64,000 nt of DNA from NCBI GenBank assembly GCA_043808095.1, contig JAZDFF010000042.1, forward strand, positions 38,667-102,666, read 5' to 3'. The stretch's first letter is position 1. Each line of letters starts with the position of its first letter. Both the position numbers and the translations under genes were made by a program. The notes beneath the pieces are model-generated. The model was given only the letters and a program-made list of their open reading frames with translations. It was not told where the DNA came from and did no database searches. This DNA comes from Candidatus Omnitrophota bacterium (GTDB taxonomy: Bacteria > Omnitrophota > Gorgyraeia > JAZDFF01). This document shows positions 48,357 to 60,063 of the stretch, piece after piece.

Positions 48357-49322
48357 TTACGCATATCTTATCCTCGGGTCTGACCAGGCGAGCAAAATGT
48401 CGCTAGTTAAATTTCCGAAAAGCAACAGGACGCCGCTTATGAGCATACCTGCCATTACTAAAAATAAATCCTGGGCCCTGACCGCAGTCAACATCACCAT
48501 ACCTAAGCCAGGCCAATTACAGACAATCTCAATAAGTGCTGCGCCGCTTAAGAGATCGGATAACTGATAACCAAAGATAGTAATTAACGGATTAATGGCA
48601 TTACGCAGGGCATGTTTATAAATAACTTTGTTTTCAGGCAAACCTTTTGCCCGGGCACAGAGTATATATTGCTGGCGAAGCACCTCCAGGACATTCGCTC
48701 GCATGATCCGCTGAAGCGAACCGATTCCGGAAATGGCAATAACCGAAGCAGGCAGAATCAGGTGTCTTAGGATATCAAAGGCCTTATTTATTCCGGATAA
48801 TGAATCAAAATTTGTAGAACGCATCCCGCCTAAAGGAAGCAGGCCGCTTACATTGGCCAGATACAAGCCGATTAACCCCAGGAAAAATCCCGGCATGGAT
48901 AGACCGAATAGGGACAGGACTGAAAATAATCTATCGATAATTCGATTGTGTTTTAAGGCTGCATATATCCCAAGCGGAATAGCTAAAAGCCACGTAAGAG
49001 CAAGTGAAGCAAGGGCCAAGATTATAGTATTAAAGGCCCTGCTAAATATTACTTTAGATACCGGACAGTTATAAAAGAACGAGTAACCCAAGTCCAGCCG
49101 AAAAATCCCTTTCAACCAGTAAAGATATTGGACGATAACCGGCTTATCCAGGTGGAAAGCGGCCTGGTATTTTAAAATAGTCTCTTCGGAAATCTGGGGG
49201 TTTAACCTCAGGCTATCAAAATAATTTCCCGGTGCAAGGTGGATAAACAAAAAAGTAACAAAAGACATGACGAGAAGCAAGGGAACAGCGATAATGATTC
49301 GTCTTATTATATAGGTTTTCAT
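48357..49322 (-). CDS. oppB: peptide ABC transporter permease (OppB/DppB-like)
   Basis: BPD-transporter fold and EAA-loop region ARAKGLPENKVIYKHALRNA. Confidence 0.85.
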   Translation of the reverse strand: MKTYIIRRIIIAVPLLLVMSFVTFLFIHLAPGNYFDSLRLNPQISEETILKYQAAFHLDKPVIVQYLYWLKGIFRLDLGYSFFYNCPVSKVIFSRAFNTIILALASLALTWLLAIPLGIYAALKHNRIIDRLFSVLSLFGLSMPGFFLGLIGLYLANVSGLLPLGGMRSTNFDSLSGINKAFDILRHLILPASVIAISGIGSLQRIMRANVLEVLRQQYILCARAKGLPENKVIYKHALRNAINPLITIFGYQLSDLLSGAALIEIVCNWPGLGMVMLTAVRAQDLFLVMAGMLISGVLLLFGNLTSDILLAWSDPRIRYA

Positions 49323-49428
49323 TTTTAAAGCAGAATCAAATAAATATTAAAAATGTCTAATTACTAATGTCGTCCACCACTGAATCTTTGGTGGACGCCC
49401 GCCAAAGCATTGTGGCGGGCGAATGTCG

Positions 49429-49517
49429 CCTGCCTGCCCCGAGAAATTCGGAGAATTTCCGGGACTTAGTCCTTGGAATTTTACAATGTAAAATTCCTAA
49501 GGGCCGGTGAGGCAGGT
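49429..49517. repeat. ~90-nt palindromic repeat element (family C), copy 3
   Basis: Same sequence. Sits in the oppA-oppB gap, preceded by an extra GC hairpin CGCCCGCCAAAGCATTGTGGCGGGCG (49395..49421). Confidence 0.9.
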
Positions 49518-51254
49518 CTATTCGCTACTCTTAATAAATATCTCTTCTATATTATGGAAGGCCCCGCCATAAGAAGTGGGATATAAATTTCCGAATTTAT
49601 TTTTTACGGCAAAAATTGAAGCCGGAAGCACCGTATAAATAACCGGAAGTTCTTGACTTACTATCTCTTGCCAGCGGTCGTAGAAGACCTTTCTTTTATC
49701 TCTATCTAGCTCCTGTACGCCCTTATCAAAAATATTATCAATCTCTTCCTCCCATTTAGTTAGAGGCTTAATTTGTTTTGGATGCCACAAATGCAGCTGG
49801 CCCCGTGAATGCCAGACGTTTCTTGAAAAATGCGGCTCAATGCCTCCGGTCAGGCCCAGAAGTATAGCGTCCCAATCAAAGGTAGAATCGAGTTTGGTAA
49901 CGAGGTTATTAAATTCTAAGGACAGGAGATTTACCTTCATGCCTAAATTTTCAAGGTCCTTTCTGATTATCCCGGCGATCTGAATCCTCTCGGTATTGCC
50001 CGAATTTGTAAGGAGGTTAAATTCAACCGTCCTTCCTTTTCGATCCTCGATAAATCCGTCAAGGTTGCGGTCAATAAATCCAGCGTCGCGCAAAATCTCT
50101 TTTGCCTTTTTTAAATCATACTCATATCTTGTTAGCCCGGGATTATAAAAAAAGCCCGAGCTCGGACTCATTGGCCCATCCTGATCAAATCCTAGCCCGT
50201 TTAAGACAATCTCAATCATCTTTTTCTTATCCAGGGCATGGGCGACTACCTTTCTAAAATCCAGATTACTAAACCAACTTAACTTAATGGGGTCAAAGAA
50301 TGGTTTTTGGTTCATGATGTTTATATCGGGATTCAGGTTAAAGACGAGGAAATCACTGCCAAAAGCAGGCCCGGTATTATAAACCGTGAAATTTTTCTCT
50401 TTTTCTCGGGGTTTTAAAATGGGAAAATCAGCGCCGCGCATGCCGTAATAATCAATCTCGCCTTCTAAGAATTTTAAGACGGCTACATCCGGACTCTGCA
50501 CAATTACAAAAATGACCTTATCCAAATAAGGCAGGCGCCTTGATTTAGCATCCCTCTTCCAATAATAGGGATTTCTTTCTAAGATAACATCCTCGCCCGG
50601 CCGGTACTTGGCTAATTTAAAAGGGCCGGTCCCTGTAACGTCTGCCGGTGAGGCATCTGTGCCCCAGGTAAAATTGAATTTGCCATCTTTGGCGGCTTTC
50701 TCCAATTTGTGTTTGGGCAGAATCTCCTGTGACATACTCATTAAAAAAGGCGCAAAAACAGTCGGAAGGGTAAATTTTACCGCATAGTCATCAATCTTCT
50801 CGACCTTAAACTGCTTACCCTCTACGGTAAAGATGTCTCTGGCTGAATTGGGAATATCGGGATTATAAATAAGTTCATTAAAGGTAAAAACTATATCGTC
50901 ACCGGTAAGCGGCACACCATCCGACCATCTTAAGCCCTTTCTTAAATAGAAAGTGATTTCTTTGCCATCTTTACTGACTAGCCACGCATGGGCTAAATTG
51001 GGTTCGACCTCGAGAGTTATGCCGTTAGTGCGGGTCAGGCCTTCAAAGATAAGGCCGGTTACGGCGGTAGTTGAGGTCTCTTTGGCAAGTATGGGATTAA
51101 AAGACTTGGGGTCTGAGGTGGTAGATAATATTAAATTGCCGCCTGACCTGCCGGCTTGAGGTTTGTAATCTTCGGCAGATACAGGACTAACCAGAGATAT
51201 AAATAAAAAAACTACCAGCAAAATCGGTAGTCTTAATAATTTTGTAAAATCCAT
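49518..51254 (-). CDS. oppA: peptide ABC transporter substrate-binding protein (SBP family 5)
   Basis: Signal peptide; family 5 SBP length and motifs. Confidence 0.85.
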   Translation of the reverse strand: MDFTKLLRLPILLVVFLFISLVSPVSAEDYKPQAGRSGGNLILSTTSDPKSFNPILAKETSTTAVTGLIFEGLTRTNGITLEVEPNLAHAWLVSKDGKEITFYLRKGLRWSDGVPLTGDDIVFTFNELIYNPDIPNSARDIFTVEGKQFKVEKIDDYAVKFTLPTVFAPFLMSMSQEILPKHKLEKAAKDGKFNFTWGTDASPADVTGTGPFKLAKYRPGEDVILERNPYYWKRDAKSRRLPYLDKVIFVIVQSPDVAVLKFLEGEIDYYGMRGADFPILKPREKEKNFTVYNTGPAFGSDFLVFNLNPDINIMNQKPFFDPIKLSWFSNLDFRKVVAHALDKKKMIEIVLNGLGFDQDGPMSPSSGFFYNPGLTRYEYDLKKAKEILRDAGFIDRNLDGFIEDRKGRTVEFNLLTNSGNTERIQIAGIIRKDLENLGMKVNLLSLEFNNLVTKLDSTFDWDAILLGLTGGIEPHFSRNVWHSRGQLHLWHPKQIKPLTKWEEEIDNIFDKGVQELDRDKRKVFYDRWQEIVSQELPVIYTVLPASIFAVKNKFGNLYPTSYGGAFHNIEEIFIKSSE

Positions 51255-51261
51255 GATATTT

Positions 51262-51681
51262 TTATTTTTGAGTCGTTGAATCGGCTGTCGGAACAGATTC
51301 TTTTATATCTCCTTTTTTAGAAACCGCCTCTTGAGTTTCTGTGGTCTTGGGTTCGGTTAACTTGTCCGTTTGAGTTTCTTTTGGTGTTGTAGCAGGCGGC
51401 GGGGATGAGCCCAAAGGCAAAGCAGATTCTTCTTTAATGCTACTTTCAACTAAAGACTTGGACTTTTGAGTAGACAAAAATGCCAGGGATAAGGTAGTTA
51501 TAAAGAACAGGGTTACCAAAATTGTAGTGGCGCGCGCCATAAAAGTACTAGTCTTAGTGCCGAATATGGATTCAGCCGCGCTAAACGATTCAATCAAGCC
51601 TCCGCCTTTACCTGATTGTAAAAGCACGGCTATTATGAGCAATATAGATACAATGACATGAATGATGATTATAAAGATATA
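51262..51681 (-). CDS. secG: preprotein translocase subunit SecG with low-complexity T/P/E/K-rich C-terminal tail
   Basis: Two TM helices with the LLQSGKGGGL loop signature. Conserved tpiA-secG linkage. Start trimmed to MYIF. Confidence 0.8.
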   Translation of the reverse strand, partial: YIFIIIIHVIVSILLIIAVLLQSGKGGGLIESFSAAESIFGTKTSTFMARATTILVTLFFITTLSLAFLSTQKSKSLVESSIKEESALPLGSSPPPATTPKETQTDKLTEPKTTETQEAVSKKGDIKESVPTADSTTQK

Positions 51682-51770
51682 CATAAAAAACACCTAAATA
51701 TTTTATTTTAGCGACATCCGCAGAAGCGAAATAACGAAATTTATTCTACGAAGCCTTGGTGAAGTAGAAG

Positions 51771-52541
51771 TTATTGAGCGTAGGCGGATAATTTTATAAG
51801 CTGAACAAATGAATCTGTTTCAAGGCTTGCTCCGCCAACGAGGCCTCCATCCACATCCTCCTGGGCGATGATATCCTTAAAATTATCCGGCTTGATACTG
51901 CCGCCGTAAAGGATACGGATATTGCCGGCAACTTCTTTATTATACCACTTTAGAATCAAATTGCGAAGATATTTATGGACTTCCTGGGCCTCTTGAGGGG
52001 TTGCGTTTTTGCCTGTCCCGATTGCCCAGACCGGTTCATAGGCAATAGTTATCTTTAGCATATCCTCATTATTAATACTATCTAAGGCTGCCTTGAGCTG
52101 GACTTCGACCACCTCAAATGTCTTCTTGGCATCTCTCTCGGCCAATGTCTCTCCTATGCAGAGGATAGGCAGGATATCGGTCTTTAATGCTGCCTTTAAC
52201 TTTTTATTTACTGACTCATTGGTCTCAGAAAAATACTGCCTTCGCTCGGAATGGCCAATAATTACGTAGCTGCAGCCGACATCCTTTAACATGCCGGCAG
52301 AAACCTCGCCGGTATAAGCGCCGCTTTCTTTAAAGAACATATCCTGAGCACCTAATTTAATATCCGAATCACTGATAATCTCTGCAACTTCAGCAAGTGC
52401 CAGAAACGGCGGACAAAGCACTACCTCTACTCTATCCGTTAAGTCAAAGACTTCGCGCTTTATCCCATTGGCTAATTCAATAGCCTCAGAGATTTTCTTA
52501 TTCATCTTCCAGTTTCCGGCAATTAAAGGCTTTCTAATCAT
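51771..52541 (-). CDS. tpiA: triose-phosphate isomerase
   Basis: AYEPVWAIGTGK active-site loop. Confidence 0.95.
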   Translation of the reverse strand: MIRKPLIAGNWKMNKKISEAIELANGIKREVFDLTDRVEVVLCPPFLALAEVAEIISDSDIKLGAQDMFFKESGAYTGEVSAGMLKDVGCSYVIIGHSERRQYFSETNESVNKKLKAALKTDILPILCIGETLAERDAKKTFEVVEVQLKAALDSINNEDMLKITIAYEPVWAIGTGKNATPQEAQEVHKYLRNLILKWYNKEVAGNIRILYGGSIKPDNFKDIIAQEDVDGGLVGGASLETDSFVQLIKLSAYAQ

Positions 52542-52544
52542 GAA

Positions 52545-53726
52545 TTATTTTTCAGTTAAAGCGGCAATCCCCGGCAAGACCTTGCCCTCTAAGAATTCCA
52601 GGCTTGCGCCGCCGCCAGTTGAGACATGGGTCATTTTATTCGCTAAACCCAATTTGGCAATACAGGCTGCAGTATCTCCGCCTCCGATAACCTTGGTTGC
52701 GCGCAGTTTACTGATAAATTTAGCCACATCAGTAGTGCCCTTGGCAAATGGTGCCATCTCAAATACGCCCAATGGCCCGTTCCAGACAATAGTCTTGGCA
52801 TCCTTTAAAACTCCATTAAACAGCTTTACCGTCTTTGGGCCGATATCTAAACCGATCCAGCCAGAAGGGATATTTTCAGCCTCTAACTTCACAATGGCAG
52901 CCGGATCAACCCTATCCGCCACGATATTATCAATGGGTAGGTATATATTAACACCTTTGCCTTTGGCCTTACTCAAGATATCCCTGGCTACATTTACTCT
53001 TTCGGCCTCAAATTTGGAATTTCCGATTTCTTTTCCCTGGACCTTCAGGAATGTATAGGCCATTCCTCCGCCGATAATAAGGCTATCTACTTTATTGAGT
53101 AAATTCTCGATAACCATAATCTTATCCGAGACCTTGGCCCCTCCCAAGATTGCGACAAACGGTTTTTTAGGATTTTCCAATAACTGGCCCAGATATTTTA
53201 TCTCCTTCTCTAATAAAAACCCGGCTGCGGATGTCAGGTATTTAGTTATGCCTTCTGTAGAGGCATGGGCGCGATGGGCAGTGCCAAAGGCATCATTGAT
53301 ATAAATATCCCCAAGAACCGACAGTTCCTTGGCGAAATCAGGGTCGTTTTTCTCCTCTTCGGGATGAAATCTTAGGTTCTCTAAAAGTATTACCTTTTCA
53401 AGGCTTGAGTCTACCTGACTTTTAATTCCAGGGCCCACGCAATCATCCAATTTTTTCACGCTTATGCCAAGAAGACTCTTGAGCCTATTGGCTACGGGAT
53501 TAAGACGCAGCCTATCCACAACCTTTCCCTCGGGCCTGCCCAGGTGGCTCATCAGGATTACTTTTTTGGCAAGTTTCTCTAAGACATATTTTATAGTGGC
53601 CAAGCTCTCTCGTATACGCGTGTCATCCGTAATATTCAGGTTATCGTCTAAAGGGACATTGAAATCACAGCGGATCAATACCTTTTTATCTTTAAGATCC
53701 AGGTCTTTTAGGGTAAGTTTTGCCAT
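52545..53726 (-). CDS. pgk: phosphoglycerate kinase
   Basis: PGK N- and C-domain signatures (RCDFNVP, GGGASLE). Confidence 0.95.
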   Translation of the reverse strand: MAKLTLKDLDLKDKKVLIRCDFNVPLDDNLNITDDTRIRESLATIKYVLEKLAKKVILMSHLGRPEGKVVDRLRLNPVANRLKSLLGISVKKLDDCVGPGIKSQVDSSLEKVILLENLRFHPEEEKNDPDFAKELSVLGDIYINDAFGTAHRAHASTEGITKYLTSAAGFLLEKEIKYLGQLLENPKKPFVAILGGAKVSDKIMVIENLLNKVDSLIIGGGMAYTFLKVQGKEIGNSKFEAERVNVARDILSKAKGKGVNIYLPIDNIVADRVDPAAIVKLEAENIPSGWIGLDIGPKTVKLFNGVLKDAKTIVWNGPLGVFEMAPFAKGTTDVAKFISKLRATKVIGGGDTAACIAKLGLANKMTHVSTGGGASLEFLEGKVLPGIAALTEK

Positions 53727-53814
53727 TTGTGAATTCCTTTTTGATAATTATAAAACCCTAAGATTGCCATATTTTACAATAGCTATATTTGATTGTCAAC
53801 CAATGATTTAAAAC

Positions 53815-55191
53815 TTATGATTCTTTTTCCAGGCTATTTTTGGATATCCCTTTAACCGGTTTTTGGGGGTAATCTCCGTTAAAACAGGCAGTACAGAATT
53901 CTTCTTTGGCCAAAGGCATGGACCCAAGCATCCCTTCAAGACTGAGATACCCAAGGCTATCAACTGCGATAAAATCCTTTATCCAGTCTATAGAATGCCC
54001 TGAGGCGATTAATTCTTTTTTGGTGGGAAAATCTATCCCGTAGAAACAGGGGAATTTTAGTGGCGGGCAGCTGATGCGCATATGAATTTCTTTTGCGCCT
54101 GCCTGCCTTAAATTCCTGATCCTGCTTTTAGAGGTCGTCCCGCGCACAATAGAATCCTCTACTACTATTATCCTTTTGTCTTTCAAGATATCTTTAATGG
54201 GATTCAGTTTTATCTTTACCCTGAAATCCCGGACAAGCTGCGAAGGTTGGATAAATGTCCTGCCGATATAGTGATTACGTATGAGGCCAACTTCAAAAGG
54301 AATTTTCGATTCCTCGGCAAAACCTAAGGCTGCATAATTGCCCGAATCCGGTATGGACATAACAAAATCGGCATCTCTAGGATATTCCTTGGCAAGTTGT
54401 CTTCCTAGTTGCTTTCTTGCATAATAGACGTTATGGCCAAAGATATTACTGTCCGGACGGGCAAAATAAATATATTCAAAGATACAAAAGGCATGGCGGC
54501 TGGCTTTAAACGGTTTGATGGAGTTTAACCCGGTCTTATCAATAAAGACAATTTCACCCGGCTCGACATCACGGATATAGCTTGCGCCGATTAAATCCAG
54601 GGCACAGGTCTCTGAGGCTATGCAATAAGCCCCGTCGATTTCCCCAAGACAAAGCGGCCGCCAGCCATAAGGATCCCGGGCGCCAACTAGCATATCCCCG
54701 ATCATCAAAACCAAAGAATATGCGCCTTCTATCTTAGATAGAGTTTCGGTTAAATTTTCTTTGTAATCTTTGTTACAAGACCTGGCCAATAGGTGAATCA
54801 CGATTTCTGAATCCATAGTTGTCTGAAAGATTGAGCCGTTTTTTTCTAGTTCATGGCGGAGATTTACGGTATTGATAAAATTACCATTATGGGCGACTGC
54901 CAAAGGTAGCTTCTTGAAATTGGCAAAACAAGGCTGGATATTTTTAGAGGTACTTGAGCCGGTTGTGGAATAACGGTTGTGGCCGAGCGATACGTGGCCG
55001 CGCAGGCCTTTGATTATCTTTTCATTGAAGACATCCGGGACAAGGCCCATGCCCTTATAAGCGGATACCTTCTTTCCGTTATAGGCCACAATTCCGCAGG
55101 ATTCTTCACCCCGATGCTGCAGGGCATATAGGCCTAAATAGGTAAGCCTGGCGCTATCTTTATGTCCGTATATCCCGAATATTCCGCACAT
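53815..55191 (-). CDS. purF: amidophosphoribosyltransferase
   Basis: N-terminal MCGIFGI Ntn-hydrolase start, PRTase domain, C-terminal Cys ligands. Confidence 0.9.
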   Translation of the reverse strand: MCGIFGIYGHKDSARLTYLGLYALQHRGEESCGIVAYNGKKVSAYKGMGLVPDVFNEKIIKGLRGHVSLGHNRYSTTGSSTSKNIQPCFANFKKLPLAVAHNGNFINTVNLRHELEKNGSIFQTTMDSEIVIHLLARSCNKDYKENLTETLSKIEGAYSLVLMIGDMLVGARDPYGWRPLCLGEIDGAYCIASETCALDLIGASYIRDVEPGEIVFIDKTGLNSIKPFKASRHAFCIFEYIYFARPDSNIFGHNVYYARKQLGRQLAKEYPRDADFVMSIPDSGNYAALGFAEESKIPFEVGLIRNHYIGRTFIQPSQLVRDFRVKIKLNPIKDILKDKRIIVVEDSIVRGTTSKSRIRNLRQAGAKEIHMRISCPPLKFPCFYGIDFPTKKELIASGHSIDWIKDFIAVDSLGYLSLEGMLGSMPLAKEEFCTACFNGDYPQKPVKGISKNSLEKES

Positions 55192-55224
55192 GTAATTTTA
55201 TTATAGGGCAAGTTACACTTGGCG

Positions 55225-55920
55225 TCAACGCCTCTTTATTTTCGGCCCGCAGACCTTAACGCATACCCCGCAGATATATTGATCAACTAATTTATTCTTT
55301 TGAAACTCCCTTAATTTTTCAAAACAGGCCAAATGTTCGAAGTCGTCGGGTTTTAGTTTAATGGCCTTGGCCGGACAAACCAAGATGCACTCCCGGCAAC
55401 TGGCACAGCTGTCTTTAGCCGGGGCATCAAATTTTAAGGGGTAGTTAGTTAAAATACTCACTAACCTGAACTGACTGCCTATCTTCTTGTTGACCAGGAG
55501 ATTATTCCTGCCAATCCAGCCTAACCCAGCCAAACGACCTATCTTTTTATGCGATAAATGTCCGGCCTGCTTCTGCCAATCTGTAATCTGCGATGCCGGT
55601 ATGGGCAGGGCGAGAAACCCTTTGCCTTGAATGAAATTGGATAGCCTAAGCGCTAGCTGATCCAGAAAATTATTAATACTGCGGTAATGATGGAAATACA
55701 GTTTTGTAGGATGGTCTGTTATCTCTTCTAAAACAGCCCCGGATAATCTTACGCCCAGCGAGATGCCATTATCAAGTTTTGGAAGGACCACTCTTGATAA
55801 AGAAAAATCTTTTTTTATTTTGGATATATCAGCGACCCCGAAAAGATCTGCCCCTGCCTCAAGACAAAGTCCTTTTAGTTTCCTATAATTTAATTCTTTA
55901 TTCGGTTTTAGTCTTGGCAT
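55225..55920 (-). CDS. QueG-like epoxyqueuosine reductase (short form) with 4Fe-4S ferredoxin motif
   Basis: RLAGLGWIGRNNLL matches the QueG GLGWIGKN signature, followed by CASCRECILVCP. At 231 aa it is shorter than E. coli QueG. Confidence 0.6.
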   Translation of the reverse strand: MPRLKPNKELNYRKLKGLCLEAGADLFGVADISKIKKDFSLSRVVLPKLDNGISLGVRLSGAVLEEITDHPTKLYFHHYRSINNFLDQLALRLSNFIQGKGFLALPIPASQITDWQKQAGHLSHKKIGRLAGLGWIGRNNLLVNKKIGSQFRLVSILTNYPLKFDAPAKDSCASCRECILVCPAKAIKLKPDDFEHLACFEKLREFQKNKLVDQYICGVCVKVCGPKIKRR

Positions 55921-57772
55921 ATTTTTTAAGCCATACCATTAGGATAGAGACGGCACAAGGGGTAACCCCGGAAATCCTGCTCGCCTGGCCCAGGCTTATA
56001 GGTCGGTGTTTCCCGAGTTTTTCTACGATCTCCCGCGACAGACCCGGCACTTTAGCATAAATAAAATCCTGGGGTAACTTTATTTTCTCTAAATTTCTGA
56101 AGCGCTCGATATTGGATAATTCCCTCTGGATAAAACCCTGGTATTTAATTGCAATCTCAACCTGCTGGATAATATTATCCGCAAGCTCAAGTTCAGAGTG
56201 ATTTAGTTCTTTTATTAGGGAATAAGAAATCTCCGGCCGTTTAAGCAGGTCTTCCAGGCTAATCGGACGCAGTATCTGGCTAGAGCGCCATTTTTTCAGT
56301 TTGTCGTTAACCTCTTTGTTCGGATGCAATTTGATTTCTTTAAGCCTTTTTAGTTCTTGACCTATCAGTGCTTTCTTCACTTCGGTCTTTCTAAAATTTT
56401 CTTCACTTACGAGGTGGGCCTTATAACCGAATTGGGCCAAACGCAGGTCTGCATTGTCTTCTCTTAAAATGAGACGATATTCTACCCGGGAGGTAAACAT
56501 CCGATAAGGTTCATTCGTTCCCTTAGTCACGAGGTCATCAATTAATACGCCGATATAACTATTTGAGCGGTCTAAAATTAAAGGCGGCTCGTTTTTTATC
56601 TTTAGGCCGGCGTTAATGCCGGCAACTATGCCCTGAGCAGCTGCCTCTTCATAACCGGTAGTCCCATTGATCTGCCCGGCAAGATACAGGCCTTCGATTA
56701 ACTTTGTCTCTAAAGTCGGATAAAGCATGGTTGAATCCACCACCGTATGTTCAATCCCATAGCCCGGCCGAAGAATTTTTGCCTGCCTTAGGCCATCAAT
56801 CGAATGTATCATCTTGATTTGAATATCAAGCGGCAGGCTCGTAGAAAGGCCGTTAGGATAGACTTCAAAAGTATTGCGGCCTTCCGGCTCTAAAAATATC
56901 TGGTGCCTTTCTTTGTCCGCAAATTTTACGATTTTATCTTCAATGGAAGGACAATACCTGACTCCGGTGGCCTTGATTTTTCCGGTATAAAGCGGCGAGT
57001 ATTTCAGGCCGGCGCGGATAATCTTATGCGTCTTTTTGTTGGTATGGGTGATGTGGCAGGGGATCTGCTCAATGGTCTTAGATGCCGTGGAAAAAGAAAA
57101 GAATACCGGGTCTTTATCCGGCTCCTGCCTGGCCAAACTCGTAAAATCTATGGACCTGGAATCCAGGCGCGCGCAGGTTCCGGTTTTAAACCTGAGGAGT
57201 CGAAAACCCAGCCTCTTTAAATCCCTGGATAGACCTATACTTGCCGATTCACTGAGACGGCCTCCGGGAAAAGACTTGAGGCCAATATGGATAAGGCCAT
57301 CTAGGAATGTGCCCGGGGCCAGGATTAAAGCGCGGCATAAAAATTTTTCGTCGGCTGAAGTAACAATCCCTTTAATCTTTTCTGCGTTGACAATGATACT
57401 CTCTACCTCTGCCTGCCTTAAAAAGAGATTTTCCTGTCTCTCAAGGACCGATTTCATGTAGAGCCGATATTGCTGGCGGTCTGACTGGCAACGCGAAGAC
57501 CTGACTGCCTGGCCTTTAGAGGCATTAAGTAAGCGGAACTGAATTGCCGTAGCATCGGCAGCGCGGGCCATTTCACCGCCTAAGGCATCCACCTCTTTTA
57601 CTAATTGGCCCTTACCCACTCCGCCTATGGCTGGATTGCAGGACATTAAACCAATGGTATCAAGGTTCATACTCAAAAGGAGCGTATAAAGCCCCATCCT
57701 GGCACAGGCCAGAGAAGCCTCGATCCCGGCATGGCCTGCCCCGACAACTATACAATCAAACCTTTCTGCCAT
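55898..57772 (-). CDS. mnmG: tRNA uridine 5-carboxymethylaminomethyl modification enzyme MnmG (GidA)
   Basis: N-terminal FAD site DCIVVGAGHAGIEA. Length 624 aa. Confidence 0.95.
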   Translation of the reverse strand: MAERFDCIVVGAGHAGIEASLACARMGLYTLLLSMNLDTIGLMSCNPAIGGVGKGQLVKEVDALGGEMARAADATAIQFRLLNASKGQAVRSSRCQSDRQQYRLYMKSVLERQENLFLRQAEVESIIVNAEKIKGIVTSADEKFLCRALILAPGTFLDGLIHIGLKSFPGGRLSESASIGLSRDLKRLGFRLLRFKTGTCARLDSRSIDFTSLARQEPDKDPVFFSFSTASKTIEQIPCHITHTNKKTHKIIRAGLKYSPLYTGKIKATGVRYCPSIEDKIVKFADKERHQIFLEPEGRNTFEVYPNGLSTSLPLDIQIKMIHSIDGLRQAKILRPGYGIEHTVVDSTMLYPTLETKLIEGLYLAGQINGTTGYEEAAAQGIVAGINAGLKIKNEPPLILDRSNSYIGVLIDDLVTKGTNEPYRMFTSRVEYRLILREDNADLRLAQFGYKAHLVSEENFRKTEVKKALIGQELKRLKEIKLHPNKEVNDKLKKWRSSQILRPISLEDLLKRPEISYSLIKELNHSELELADNIIQQVEIAIKYQGFIQRELSNIERFRNLEKIKLPQDFIYAKVPGLSREIVEKLGKHRPISLGQASRISGVTPCAVSILMVWLKKYAKTKTE

Positions 57773-57827
57773 CTAAAATTTTTACCCCTTATGGAAATTT
57801 TTTACAAGGAAAATCTAAGAGGAAAGT

Positions 57828-57877
57828 ATTGAAAAATAACAAGGCACATTGTCTTTTGCCTTATAACAACGTGCCTT
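57828..57877 (-). terminator. putative rho-independent terminator downstream of gap
   Basis: On the minus strand: AAGGCACGTTGTTATAAGGCAAAAGACAATGTGCCTT, a 12-bp imperfect stem, followed directly by GTTATTTTTC. Confidence 0.45.
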
Positions 57878-57894
57878 ATATTAATTTTGGGGGT

Positions 57895-58908
<1,014 letters not shown>

Positions 58909-59042
58909 TTAAACCTCCTCAATGACCCCGACGTTACGTCGGGGGGAATTCCTGCCTGCCGGCAGGGATCCCCGCCCATTTTTACCTTAAACCTAAGCCA
59001 TCCTTGTTAAAGGGGCGGGGTACATTAATTTAAAGTTAACTA

Positions 59043-60044
59043 TTATTTAGCTTCTCTTAAGTACTTAGCAGCCATTTCTGGCGGCGTTGACACGATATAA
59101 AAACCTGTCCCCCATTCAAAACCTGCGGTCCTGGCAAGGCGCGGCATAATCTCAAGATGCCAGTGATATCCGCCTTCTTTATCCGGATCATCTAAAATTG
59201 GTGAAGTATGGATGATGAAATTGTAAGATGGGTCGTTTAGAGTTACCCTGATTCTTCTTAGGGTCTCTTTTAGAACCTTGGCCATATCGGATATCTCTTC
59301 ATTAGTAATATGAAAGAAATATGGGTTGTGTTTTTTGGGGACAATCCAGGTCTCAAACGCAAATCTTGAGACGAACGGGCAGAAAGCCAAAAAATGTTTT
59401 GATTCCAAAACTAAGCGCCCTTTATCCTGCATCTCCTGGGACATGATATCGCAGAAAATGCAGCGCTCTCTGAATTCAAAATAATCTAAGGAACCCTTGA
59501 TTTCCTCAGCAACATTCTTGGGTATCATAGGAAGCGCAATGAGTTGCGAGTGCGGATGGGTAAGAGATGCCCCGGCAGATAATCCGTAATTTTTAAAGAC
59601 CAAGGTATATTTAAACCGTTTATCACGCAACAAATCAATAGCCCGACGACAGTACATATGTATGATATCGTCTACTTCTTGGTCAAGAAGATCAGGTATG
59701 TTCTTGTGATGATAAGGGGTTTCAATAATTACCTCGTGAGCACCAATACCGTTAGACATATCAAAGATTCCTACGCCGCGCCTGGCCAAATCGCCCTCAA
59801 CCTGTAAGGCCGGGAATTTATTCGGTACGACTCTCACCGTCCAACCAGGGGTATTCGGGCTGGTCCTTGAATCCCGCACTGCCTCTATTTCAGGAGGAGT
59901 CTGAGCTTCGTTTCCGTAACAAAAAGGACACTTATCATCCTTGACAGGATGCATTTCCGTTTCGAAATCTTGCGGCTTTTTGGGCTCATCAGTTTCTACA
60001 ATTACCCAGCGGGCGACTATAGGATCTTTTCTTAATTCTGCCAA
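59043..60044 (-). CDS. galT: galactose-1-phosphate uridylyltransferase-family (HIT branch) enzyme, canonical HPH active site
   Basis: CPFC zinc motif and THPHSQLIALP active-site motif. Confidence 0.8.
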   Translation of the reverse strand: MAELRKDPIVARWVIVETDEPKKPQDFETEMHPVKDDKCPFCYGNEAQTPPEIEAVRDSRTSPNTPGWTVRVVPNKFPALQVEGDLARRGVGIFDMSNGIGAHEVIIETPYHHKNIPDLLDQEVDDIIHMYCRRAIDLLRDKRFKYTLVFKNYGLSAGASLTHPHSQLIALPMIPKNVAEEIKGSLDYFEFRERCIFCDIMSQEMQDKGRLVLESKHFLAFCPFVSRFAFETWIVPKKHNPYFFHITNEEISDMAKVLKETLRRIRVTLNDPSYNFIIHTSPILDDPDKEGGYHWHLEIMPRLARTAGFEWGTGFYIVSTPPEMAAKYLREAK

Positions 60045-60063
60045 ATTAAGGCCTCCTTAATGA

